From the NCBI GenBank assembly GCA_050633245.1, contig JBOEGD010000027.1, positions 8,339-72,338 of the forward strand: a stretch of 64,000 nt of DNA, in the 5' to 3' direction. Of the stretch, positions 37,705 to 46,756 are shown one piece after another (within the stretch, counting starts at the first letter, position 1; each line of letters starts with the position of its first letter). The notes beneath the pieces were generated by a model that was not told the DNA's origin, did no database searches, and saw only the letters and a program-made list of their open reading frames with translations. The position numbers and the translations under genes were made by a program. The DNA is from Calditrichia bacterium. Lineage in GTDB: Bacteria; Calditrichota; Calditrichia; RBG-13-44-9; J075.

Positions 37705-39770
37705 TACTTATTCTTTCCAATAGGTTTCATTGCGCTTTCGGAGACTTTCACTGGTAGCAAGAGATGACAATCCGTACCGCGATCAATCTCACTATCGTAG
37801 TAGATAACGGAATCATTCTCTTTCACCAGTTGAAAAACAATTGACAATCCCAATCCGGTACCAAACGTCTTGGTCGTAAAGAACGGATTAAAAATATGCT
37901 TCAGGTTTTCCGGTGCAATTCCACAGCCGTCATCACTGATAATTATTTCGAGATACGGCACGCTCTCAACGCGTGCATGATAAGACATTCTCTCACTTTT
38001 TCCAACAGCCATTGTTTGCATATACGGCCGAATGGCAATTGTAATCTCGCCACCACTTTGCATTGCTTCAATCGCGTTGAATAATAGATTAATAAATATT
38101 TGTTGAAGCTGTCCGGAATCTACATATACCATAGGCAGGTCGGGCTGAATGTCTTTTTTAAGGGTTATATTTTGATCAACAAATTTTTGATTGATCAAAC
38201 TAAGCACGTCTTTTAAAACAAAGTCGACATTATGCCCCTGTCGATTCGGCTTGGAAGGCTTTGCATAAGAGAACAGCGTCTTTAGAAGGTCATCCAGTCG
38301 GTTTACCAGCCGAATAATGCGCTGCACGTATTCGCGTTTCGGATCTCCTTCAGCTACCTCTTCTTCAAAGGTCTGGGCCATTGCCTTGATACCTGCAAGT
38401 GGATTGCGGATTTCATGAGCGATGCCGGAAGCCATCACCCCGAGAGATGCCAGGCGATCGACAGTTCGGATTTCCTCCTGAATTTCCTTGCGATATGTAA
38501 TGTCCTTCATCGTAATAATGGTGCCGAGTTCTTCACCTTTATCATTGCGTAAGGCTTCTACAGAATACCCCAGATGCAGAGATTTTCCACGCGGAGTTTG
38601 CAGCTCAATTTCCGGCCGCTCCAACTTCAAGGCGTATGTATGTGGGGATTGCAAAATCTCTACCGCTGCTTCCGCGCCGATAATATCGTCAAATGCTTTG
38701 TTGACTACGGCCTGAACAGGAAGTCCAAACAAATAAGCAGCGTGATCGTTTAGAAAGGATATGGTATTATCCGGACTCAATACAATTAAACCAAAATTCA
38801 GCTGTTTTACGACCGTATCAAGATTCTCTGCGATTGTGAGGTCACCCGCACCGGCAGTAGCATTTCTGCTTTGCGTTGGCAACAGCACTTTTGTAAGCAA
38901 TCCGTTGAAGTGTCGCAAGACCTGGTAGTGCATCTCTGTAAACTTACCCTCATCAGATTTCAAGACGGCCAGTACAAACACGGTTTTCTCGTCGAAGACA
39001 ATTGGATGCACCATAAACCCGGTAATCTTAAGTTTAAGGGACCCATTGAGATAGGTAATAAAGGGATTGTTAGACTGTACGGTATTAAGAATTGTAGCTT
39101 CCTTCAGGCGGACAGCCTTCACTAAAATCGGCATTTCTGCCACCGGAAGGGTTAGTTCATCCGTGACAAGGTCGACGGGATCGGCCTGAACCAGACGAAG
39201 TCTTTGTCCTTTTTCAACACGCAGAAATATGCAGGCTCGTGCTTTTAGAAGACTTCTAAGGCCGGCAAGTAACTTAGGCAAGAGAGCAGCGGCCTGAGTG
39301 GTATCATTCACTTCTTCAGCGCGTTTATAAAACGTGCGTAAAAGACGTAACTCCAACAATCCGGCTTCGGGGCTTTCAACGGGTAGTGAATTGGGTGAAG
39401 CTGCTCGTAAGAGCTGGCGAATACGAATCTGTAAGTCCAGCTTGTCGAAGGGAACGGGCAAATAGTCATTTACACCCAAACCAACCAGGCGGTAGCGTAA
39501 CTTGAGGGGTTCTGCATGCACCAGAGCAAGCACCGGCACACGAGACATAATACTGGTTTCACGGAAAGACAGCAGCTTGGCAAACTGTTCTTCGGGAAAC
39601 GGCAGGGTGTCGACAATCACCAACTTTATGCTTCGCAACTCATCGGGCGAGCATTTAGCAAGCCCGGTCAGCGGCATATAATCGCAGCGGAACTGGAAGT
39701 CCTTTAAGGCATTCCGCACCAGTGTAAAGTGCTTTTCTTCTTTTCCGAGAAGAATAATTCTCGAAGGCAC
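37704..39770 (-). CDS. Sensor histidine kinase (degenerate REC, GAF-like, PAS, HisKA, HATPase)
   Basis: H-box IAHEIRNPL, N-box NLLFNAIEA, DDGCGI and FNPFFTTK...GTGLGL. Confidence 0.9.
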   Translation of the reverse strand: MPSRIILLGKEEKHFTLVRNALKDFQFRCDYMPLTGLAKCSPDELRSIKLVIVDTLPFPEEQFAKLLSFRETSIMSRVPVLALVHAEPLKLRYRLVGLGVNDYLPVPFDKLDLQIRIRQLLRAASPNSLPVESPEAGLLELRLLRTFYKRAEEVNDTTQAAALLPKLLAGLRSLLKARACIFLRVEKGQRLRLVQADPVDLVTDELTLPVAEMPILVKAVRLKEATILNTVQSNNPFITYLNGSLKLKITGFMVHPIVFDEKTVFVLAVLKSDEGKFTEMHYQVLRHFNGLLTKVLLPTQSRNATAGAGDLTIAENLDTVVKQLNFGLIVLSPDNTISFLNDHAAYLFGLPVQAVVNKAFDDIIGAEAAVEILQSPHTYALKLERPEIELQTPRGKSLHLGYSVEALRNDKGEELGTIITMKDITYRKEIQEEIRTVDRLASLGVMASGIAHEIRNPLAGIKAMAQTFEEEVAEGDPKREYVQRIIRLVNRLDDLLKTLFSYAKPSKPNRQGHNVDFVLKDVLSLINQKFVDQNITLKKDIQPDLPMVYVDSGQLQQIFINLLFNAIEAMQSGGEITIAIRPYMQTMAVGKSERMSYHARVESVPYLEIIISDDGCGIAPENLKHIFNPFFTTKTFGTGLGLSIVFQLVKENDSVIYYDSEIDRGTDCHLLLPVKVSESAMKPIGKNK

Positions 39771-39787
39771 CCGGGCGCTCCTTCATT

Positions 39788-40468
39788 CTATCTGGAAAAG
39801 ATAGATTTAAACTTCTCATAATCCAGAATAATTATTTTGCCTTTTTCCTTCTTCAGGTAGCTTTGGATCATCAACGACTTAATCACGCGTGAAATCGTCT
39901 CACGACTGGTTCCTGCCATATTCGCAAGATCCTGCTGAAGCGGTAATTCACTAATTTCTACCTGTCCACGACGGAAAACACCTGAGTCTTCGGCAATCCG
40001 AAGTAAGGTGCTGGCAACACGTCCTGTGGCGTCCTGCAATGAAAGCGATTTAATGTGCTCATCACTTTTGCGAATTCGCTGAGCGAGTTCTTTTAGCAGA
40101 TTGATAGCAATTTGCGGGTAATCGTGCAACATTTGTAGAAAGTCTTCACGGCGAATAACCATCAATTCAGACTCTTCAATGGCAGTAACGTTTGCAGACC
40201 GGGTTTGCCCGTCTAACAAAGACATCTCACCAAAGAAATCGCCTTCGCTGAGAATCGATAAAATTACTTCACGGCCATCATCACTGATACGGGAAATTTT
40301 TACCCTGCCATCTAAAATCACAAACATCGTAGAGCCAACTTCTTCTTCAATCAGGATCAAATTGTCTTTGTGATAGCGCTGTTTGCTAGCCACATTGGTG
40401 ATGCGCTCAAGATCCTTTTCGCTGAGCTCTGAAAAAAGTGGAATTCCTTTTAATACTCTGATATCCAT
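39788..40468 (-). CDS. Crp/Fnr-family transcriptional regulator (cNMP-binding)
   Basis: FFGEMSLL...RSA cNMP pocket; HTH QQDLANMAGTSRETISR. Confidence 0.92.
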   Translation of the reverse strand: MDIRVLKGIPLFSELSEKDLERITNVASKQRYHKDNLILIEEEVGSTMFVILDGRVKISRISDDGREVILSILSEGDFFGEMSLLDGQTRSANVTAIEESELMVIRREDFLQMLHDYPQIAINLLKELAQRIRKSDEHIKSLSLQDATGRVASTLLRIAEDSGVFRRGQVEISELPLQQDLANMAGTSRETISRVIKSLMIQSYLKKEKGKIIILDYEKFKSIFSR

Positions 40469-40479
40469 ACCTTGCCCCG

Positions 40480-41145
40480 TTAAAATTGGATAATATATCC
40501 TTTAACCTTAAATCGATTCATTAATTTTTCCGCAACCATTTCTGCTTCGCTTCTGGAAGAATTTGCTCCAACAGCGACGATATATAGCGTAGAACCGTTT
40601 TTTTCCTTACTTAACACCCTTGCGGATGGAAATGTGTTTAAATAGCGTTCACGTTCCTTAAGAGCACTGTCGCGGTTGCTGAATGCACCAACCTGAACGG
40701 CAAAACCAGACTCAGGTGCAGCGGCCTTTGCTGTTGGTTTTTCAACCGGTTCATCGACTTCAGTTTGCACGGTGTTCTTTACAGACATCAATCGTGTAAA
40801 AAACGCCGGGTCTTCGTTAATCCGTCTGGCCGTTTCGTAATACCCCTGTGCAGAGTAGAATTGTCCTACGCGTTCCTGAATAAGTGTTCTTAACGTAAGA
40901 TCGTCGGAGACACCATAGGCCTTTGCCATTGTTTTAATGGCAGTCGCGGATTCCGGCTCAAACAAAGACTCTAAAAAAAGCTGCCAACCCGGGAACGCAA
41001 CACCGGCACTCTTTATTGCGTGGAGTCGTTCTACCTTTCCCTGTTTATACAATCGAGCCAGGTCGCCTTTTGTCTGCGCGAAACTGACACTCCCTGTAAG
41101 AATCAGGAGTGATAGGATAAGTTGTATGTATCGATTTTTCCACAT
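40480..41145 (-). CDS. SPOR domain-containing exported protein
   Basis: Signal peptide from the ATG at 41145; C-terminal FAVQVGAFSNRDSA...LYIVAVG. Confidence 0.8.
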   Translation of the reverse strand: MWKNRYIQLILSLLILTGSVSFAQTKGDLARLYKQGKVERLHAIKSAGVAFPGWQLFLESLFEPESATAIKTMAKAYGVSDDLTLRTLIQERVGQFYSAQGYYETARRINEDPAFFTRLMSVKNTVQTEVDEPVEKPTAKAAAPESGFAVQVGAFSNRDSALKERERYLNTFPSARVLSKEKNGSTLYIVAVGANSSRSEAEMVAEKLMNRFKVKGYIIQF

Positions 41146-42266
41146 GATTGACACATCCATACCGGACGCTCGCTATTTTCTTCACAGTTACCGCAAACGT
41201 AAATGCGGGTATTTCGGGTGCCACCATTCAAAAAATAAGTCCGCGATTGGTCGGCAGCAAGTTTATATTGACCTTTATTGAAATACAGATTAATCTTCCG
41301 GCCGATTAAAACAGGCGATTCCTGGTGTTCTTCCAAAAGATTTAGAACTTCAATCGCGCTATCGTATTCACCCTTTTTATCATAAATCTCGGCAAGAGCC
41401 AGCCCCGGTTCAAGTCGATTGGTATTATTTGCAATCAAGTCTTGATAAAAGCTGACAGCTTCGTTATACCGTCCCATTTCAAAGCACGTCTTCTCCAGCT
41501 CAGGAAAAGTGATATGTGCTTTAGAGGGCACTTTCTTGCAGAGTAGTTTCCACTGAGCAAGGGCATCATCCAGTCGGTTTTCGTTAAAGTAAGACTTCCC
41601 CAAATGATAATACGCCGCTGTACAGGATGAATCTTTCTTTAATGCCTCTTTAAAGCGCGAACGTGCATCTTTAGGATTTTCTGCTTCCTGATGGTCAAGC
41701 CCCTGAAAAACTAAATAGAGTGCCTGAAGCTTACGGTATTCCGGAAAATGACCGGAGTGTTTATTAACCAGCGCGCTGGCATCTTTCCAACGTTCCGCCC
41801 TTTCGAGCATAGACAGCAATGTTCTAAGCGTCTCGCCGGCTGGTTTGCGCTGCAGGCGAAGTAGCTGATTTGCTGTTTCAATTCCACGATCATATTCACC
41901 AGACGCATTGAAGTCCAGCAATAAACTTTTCAATATCCGCTGGCGCTGATCGGGTGATATATTTTCACGAGCGGTCAAATCACGATGTATTCGGATTGCA
42001 TTGCTATGCAGTCCCTTATCCCGCAACAAATCACCAAGCTGCACATAGGCGGAAATATTATCACTATTTTCTTTTATCGCGACCTTGAACTTTTCTATGG
42101 CAAGCCGTGGATTACCTTCGGCCAGAAACTCAAGAGCCTGCATATAGGCATCCTGCTCACCATCCCTGCTTCTTCCGGCAAACAGATATGTTGCAACGAA
42201 GCCAAAAACCAGCACCAGTGCAACAGCGATAAGTGAAAGATCAAAAAGTGGATTTTCCGTCATCAA
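41103..42266 (-). CDS. lapB: LapB (YciM)-like TPR protein with a C-terminal rubredoxin-type domain
   Basis: N-terminal TM, AIRIHRDL, TPR repeats and C-terminal CGNC...WMCQSC; follows a lapA-like gene. Confidence 0.75.
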   Translation of the reverse strand: MMTENPLFDLSLIAVALVLVFGFVATYLFAGRSRDGEQDAYMQALEFLAEGNPRLAIEKFKVAIKENSDNISAYVQLGDLLRDKGLHSNAIRIHRDLTARENISPDQRQRILKSLLLDFNASGEYDRGIETANQLLRLQRKPAGETLRTLLSMLERAERWKDASALVNKHSGHFPEYRKLQALYLVFQGLDHQEAENPKDARSRFKEALKKDSSCTAAYYHLGKSYFNENRLDDALAQWKLLCKKVPSKAHITFPELEKTCFEMGRYNEAVSFYQDLIANNTNRLEPGLALAEIYDKKGEYDSAIEVLNLLEEHQESPVLIGRKINLYFNKGQYKLAADQSRTYFLNGGTRNTRIYVCGNCEENSERPVWMCQSCGKIDTYNLSYHS

Positions 42267-42276
42267 CCAGAGGTTC

Positions 42277-42651
42277 CTATGGTAGTTTCTTCTCTACCGG
42301 CGACGCTTTCTCCGGAATGGCTACGACTTCCTCGATCGTCTCTTCGGGTATCTCTTCAATAGAGACATTGCGTAGATTGTCCAATTCCTGACTAAGCTGA
42401 CGGTTTTTCAAGTTTAACTGTTTTATCTTCGAATTACTTTGAAGTACATTAAATGCCATAAAAACAGCACCAAGCACACCTCCCAAGGTCATCGATATAA
42501 CGATAACCGTAACCAGGTTTACCTGCTGAAACGTTTGTGTTAACAAATTGATTGTTACGTTCTGACCGGCATTAGAAACAAGAATGATAAGTGCCAACAC
42601 AAAAACAACCAGCTTCACAAAAGCCAGAGCAATTCGCATATTATATTCCAC
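42277..42651 (-). CDS. lapA: LapA-family membrane protein
   Basis: Two TM segments, N.QNVTINL and a coiled coil ending ELDNLRN; upstream of the lapB-like gene. Confidence 0.7.
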   Translation of the reverse strand: MEYNMRIALAFVKLVVFVLALIILVSNAGQNVTINLLTQTFQQVNLVTVIVISMTLGGVLGAVFMAFNVLQSNSKIKQLNLKNRQLSQELDNLRNVSIEEIPEETIEEVVAIPEKASPVEKKLP

Positions 42652-42672
42652 TAATAAAAGTTTGCATCAAAG

Positions 42673-42701
42673 AAAGTAGTCCAAAAAGCGACTGAAATCA
42701 A
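42673..42701 (-). promoter_or_regulatory. Putative promoter of the lapA operon
   Basis: Minus strand TTGATT-N17-TACTTT. Confidence 0.4.
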
Positions 42702-42855
42702 TTCATTTTTCTGTCCGAGACGGGTTTATTATAGAAAAGTGATTCACTTGTTGAGACTTATTTTGCTGCCAATTTCAACCAGAAATATCTTTAAACGTTT
42801 ATTTTATTCTTCTCTTGTCGTATTTTCCTAACTCACCAATCAATAATGAGTTGCC

Positions 42856-43395
42856 ATGCTTCGCCAAAAACAGACAGCAATCGCCAAACATCTTAAACGA
42901 CTGAGAAGTAGTTGGCAGACCTATTTTTTGCCGGCGGTTGCAATCTATTCAGTCGCTCTACTCCATCTCTTTTACACCCGACCGCTGATTAAGGGCAATA
43001 TTTTGCCTTATCTGAACCACTTGGACATTGCCAGCTTCGCTATTGCGATTGGACTCACCTTTTTAATCTTCAGGCTAAAAAGAACCTACATCTCCAGCAA
43101 GTTTTTTCGTCAGGAAATTGCTTCTGCGCTCAAAAACAATCCGGACGCAGACGATTCGTACCTGACCAACGCGTTGTTTAAATCTCTCCGCAAGCAGCTT
43201 GGAAAGATGTGGCTTCTGGCCTTGTTAATCGTCGTGGATGGCGTTCTATTTTATTGGCTCACGTATAGCCCACAAAACAACATGCATATCTACTTTATTA
43301 TTGCCTGCTTTTCATTGGTACTCAATTACCCGCGCGAAGATACGTTTGCCGCCCTGCCCTTATGGATTGAAGAAACGCGGCGCGATAACGCTTAG
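42856..43395 (+). CDS. Hypothetical four-TM membrane protein
   Basis: ATG-initiated 179-aa ORF filling the gap, with four hydrophobic segments. Confidence 0.7.
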   Translation: MLRQKQTAIAKHLKRLRSSWQTYFLPAVAIYSVALLHLFYTRPLIKGNILPYLNHLDIASFAIAIGLTFLIFRLKRTYISSKFFRQEIASALKNNPDADDSYLTNALFKSLRKQLGKMWLLALLIVVDGVLFYWLTYSPQNNMHIYFIIACFSLVLNYPREDTFAALPLWIEETRRDNA

Positions 43396-43437
43396 AGGAG
43401 CGATTTCAACATATAGACCCACGATGCACTGCCTGTC

Positions 43438-43746
43438 TCATATGTTAACTAAAATCATCCCGTCTTCAATCTTAACCGGATATGACTTTACACCAACCAC
43501 CGCTGGTAAGGTTAAGCTTTCTCCGGTTTTTATATCGAATAATGCTCCATGTTTGGGGCACTCAATTTTGCATTCTTCTACAATCTCACCTTCACCAAGT
43601 GAGGCAACATCATGAGAACACTCATCATCAATTGCGTAGTATCCATCATTTAATCGAAATAGTGCAATGCTATAACCTTCCACCTCGACAACCTCACATG
43701 GTCCGGAGAATGTCTCTACCGACATTACTTCAATCCAATCTGACAT
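43438..43746 (-). CDS. Rieske [2Fe-2S] ferredoxin
   Basis: ECSHD...ECPKHGALFD (CxH/CxxH); GGAAGGA RBS. Confidence 0.9.
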   Translation of the reverse strand: MSDWIEVMSVETFSGPCEVVEVEGYSIALFRLNDGYYAIDDECSHDVASLGEGEIVEECKIECPKHGALFDIKTGESLTLPAVVGVKSYPVKIEDGMILVNI

Positions 43747-43985
43747 GCATTCCTTCCATCGAACACGCTATTGCACTACTTAGGTACAAAACAATACGCA
43801 CTCCGAAACAAATTAATCCGCGTTATATCAATTTTGATGAAAATAGAAATTTAACAACTTAATAGCAACACAGAACACAAAGGAGCGTGAGAAGCAGGTG
43901 TTAATGGGGTTTGATTGGGAATGTCGATGGAATGAGAGGAAAAAGCAGGCTCCGGCTTAGGAAACCGAAGCCCGTAAAAAGTTCG

Positions 43986-45080
43986 CTAGGCGGCCAGCCC
44001 CTGAGTCTCTGGTTTACCCAAATCTTTGAGATGCTGATAGTGTGCCACAACCGCACTGCGAAATGTGGGGTAAGAGACGTACTGAACCTGAAAATCCTTG
44101 CAGGTGTTCTCAACAATCTTACTAATCGCCGGGTAATGCACGTGGCATACTTTGGGAAAGAGATGATGCTCAATCTGAAAATTCAGGCCACCACAATACC
44201 AGGCAGCAATTCTGCTTTTCGGAGCAAAATTAGCCGTTGTTTCAACCTCATGAATCGCCCACTCATTGTCGATCTCACCAGTCTCCGGATCTGGAACAGG
44301 AAAGTCATTGCCATCAACAAGGTGTGCAAGTTGAAAAATAACCGCCATTGTAAGTCCCAAAACCAAATGCGATACCACAAAAAAGGCGAGCACATTTAAC
44401 ACCGGGTGAAAGAACATTGGGATTACCAACATGTACGTAAAGTAGAAAACCTTGGTCGTAAAGAAGGAAAAAACTTCCATCTTGCTAAATTTCGGCAGCT
44501 TATAATCACCAATTTTTCCGGATAAGAATTTCTTTAGGTCACCTTCAATCACCCATCCCAGGGTCATAAAGCTATATAAGGCAAAGGCATATATGTGCTG
44601 ATATTTGTGAATCGGCTTCCAGGGACGATCCGGCGTAAAACGAAGCATGTCGACGGCATGCAAATCGTCATCTACTTCGCTAATATTGGTGTAGGTATGA
44701 TGAAGAATATTGTGTTTATGCTTCCAAAGCAGGGCATTTCCCCCGACAAGATCCAGAGTGAAACCCATAATCTTATTCAGCGTGTTGTTCTTCGAATAAC
44801 TGCCATGCGTGCCATCATGCATTATATTGAAGCCGACCAACACAAACCCCTGCGAAATTGCAATTCCATACAACACAGCCCACAGCAACGACGGTGTAGA
44901 AAAAAGGAACAAGAAGTAAGAACCAAGCAACCAGCTTAAGATCAGTGTCGTTTTCAATACCATTCGCCAGTCTGCGTTTTTCGAAATACCATTTTCCTCG
45001 AAATAGGCATTAACCCGATTTCTCACTTCCTTATGAAAGCCTACACGTCTTGGGAACGTAATTTTATTTTTCATGCTCAT
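43986..45080 (-). CDS. Membrane fatty acid desaturase
   Basis: His boxes HDGTH, HNILHH and QIEHHLFP. Confidence 0.92.
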   Translation of the reverse strand: MSMKNKITFPRRVGFHKEVRNRVNAYFEENGISKNADWRMVLKTTLILSWLLGSYFLFLFSTPSLLWAVLYGIAISQGFVLVGFNIMHDGTHGSYSKNNTLNKIMGFTLDLVGGNALLWKHKHNILHHTYTNISEVDDDLHAVDMLRFTPDRPWKPIHKYQHIYAFALYSFMTLGWVIEGDLKKFLSGKIGDYKLPKFSKMEVFSFFTTKVFYFTYMLVIPMFFHPVLNVLAFFVVSHLVLGLTMAVIFQLAHLVDGNDFPVPDPETGEIDNEWAIHEVETTANFAPKSRIAAWYCGGLNFQIEHHLFPKVCHVHYPAISKIVENTCKDFQVQYVSYPTFRSAVVAHYQHLKDLGKPETQGLAA

Positions 45081-45261
45081 GATACTATTCCTTATAACTC
45101 ATAATGGAGTCGTTTTTGAGAGTTATCCCAAAATGGGGCCAATACCTCCCTGTCTAAACAGCCTGCATTTTTTAACACAATGCAGGTTTCACTTCCGTGT
45201 ATGGAAATCTAGGAGAAATTGAGGAATTACACTAAGGAAATAAAAGATTGTTGTGCTAACA

Positions 45262-45295
45262 ATAAAAACGCTCCGGCGCAGAAACACCGGAGCGT
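45262..45295 (-). terminator. Rho-independent terminator of the suf-brx transcript
   Basis: Minus strand ACGCTCCGG-10 nt-CCGGAGCGT, then TTTTATT. Confidence 0.75.
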
Positions 45296-45320
45296 GAAAG
45301 AAATAGTGCATCAAGTTAAC

Positions 45321-45860
45321 CTAACCATCAAAGCGTGGAATCTTTGAACCACAGGCACGGGCGTGATTCACCTGCTCATACTGCTCCGGTGTAATCGATG
45401 GACCAGAACGCTCACAGGTCTGATCGAATGCCTGAGTTAGTGCTGCAGCAAGATCTTCAGCACTTCGACCTTCAATATGGTGACGGTGAATGATAAAAAC
45501 CGGTTCACCATTCTTCAGCATGGCAATACATGGTGAGGATGGCGGGAAATCGCTGAGATAGCCTTCGCGAACACGGTTTACTGCTGCTTTATCCTGTCCG
45601 GCAAAAACCGTTACCATGCGATCCGGAATTTTGCTGTGCTGTAGCGCCTCACCGATTCCCGGTCGCGCACTTCCAGCGGCACAACCGCAAACGGAATTCA
45701 CCATGACCAGTACGTTTTCATCGTTTTTCTGCCCCAGCTTCGCATCGACATCTTCAGGGGTTAACATTTCTTCAAACCCAAAGGCCACGAGCTCGTCGCG
45801 CATAGGCTGAACGGCTTCGGGGTCGTAGGTTGGCTGTAGCCAATTTGGTTGATCGGACAT
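45321..45860 (-). CDS. BrxA/BrxB-family bacilliredoxin
   Basis: VNSVCGCAAG.ARP, VTVFAGQD, PPSSP and RHHIEGR. Confidence 0.9.
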   Translation of the reverse strand: MSDQPNWLQPTYDPEAVQPMRDELVAFGFEEMLTPEDVDAKLGQKNDENVLVMVNSVCGCAAGSARPGIGEALQHSKIPDRMVTVFAGQDKAAVNRVREGYLSDFPPSSPCIAMLKNGEPVFIIHRHHIEGRSAEDLAAALTQAFDQTCERSGPSITPEQYEQVNHARACGSKIPRFDG

Positions 45861-45885
45861 AGTGTCCTCCTATATTAAAAGCTAT

Positions 45886-45976
45886 TAGAGTCGCACAATT
45901 GTGCGACGTTACTTACATTTGAGAAGTGATGCTTTACGTCTTTGTAAAGATGAGACGCGAAGCATCGCGTCTTTAC
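45886..45976. repeat. Three tandem degenerate REP-like palindromes
   Basis: TAGAGTCGCACAATTGTGCGACGTTAC, GAGAAGTGATGCTTTACGTCTTTG and GAGACGCGAAGCATCGCGTCTTTAC, at a 31-33 bp period. Confidence 0.6.
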
Positions 45977-45989
45977 CCAAAAAGAGTTT

Positions 45990-46310
45990 CTACATAAAGC
46001 CGAGTTCAAGCTTGGCCGCTTCGCTCATCATATCCATATTCCAGGGCGGATCCCATACGACATCTACTTTGGCATCAACAACATCTGCAGCACCGCGCGC
46101 CTTGTCTTCCACCTCGCCGGGCAAGGTTCCAGCTACCGGACAGGCAGGCGATGTCAGCGTCATTTTTATATAGACTTCCCCAGAATCTTCTACAAAAACA
46201 TCATAGATAAGACCCAGCTCGTAGATGTTGACCGGAATTTCCGGGTCGTAGCAGGTCTTTAACATATCTATAACGTCTTCTTTCATCTTCTCTTTATTTA
46301 AGTCACTCAT
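45990..46310 (-). CDS. SufT/DUF59 Fe-S assembly protein
   Basis: DPEIPVNIYELGLIY, MTLTSPACP and WDPPW. Confidence 0.9.
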   Translation of the reverse strand: MSDLNKEKMKEDVIDMLKTCYDPEIPVNIYELGLIYDVFVEDSGEVYIKMTLTSPACPVAGTLPGEVEDKARGAADVVDAKVDVVWDPPWNMDMMSEAAKLELGFM

Positions 46311-46756
46311 TCTTTACCCTGTTCTTCTTTCTTTAATGCATCCATAAAGGTATGCCAGGCCAGGCTGGCGCATTTTACACGTGTTGGAAACTCTCTTACA
46401 CCTGCAAGAACAGCCAGCTTACCCATCGTGTCAAAATCGATTTCAGTTTCTTTCTCTGAGGTAATCATGTCATGAAACTGTTCGAAAAGAGCTGTCGCAT
46501 CTTCAATAGACTTATTTTTTATAAGTGTCGTCATCAGGGAAGCAGATGCTTTTGAAATTGCGCACCCGGAGCCCTCAAAATGAACATCCTGAATCGTGCC
46601 ATCAGCAACATCCAGATAGACATCAACTTTATCGCCACATAGTGGATTAAACCCTTCCGAAAAATGCGTATGCGGATCGAGCTTACCAAAGTTTTTCGGG
46701 TTGCGATTGTGATCGAGAATCACCTGTTGATACAGTTCTTTCAGGTCATCCATCAT
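46307..46756 (-). CDS. sufU: SufU (NifU-type) Fe-S assembly protein
   Basis: LYQQVILDH, NPLCGD, GCAISKASAS and RVKCA. Confidence 0.92.
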   Translation of the reverse strand: MMDDLKELYQQVILDHNRNPKNFGKLDPHTHFSEGFNPLCGDKVDVYLDVADGTIQDVHFEGSGCAISKASASLMTTLIKNKSIEDATALFEQFHDMITSEKETEIDFDTMGKLAVLAGVREFPTRVKCASLAWHTFMDALKKEEQGKE

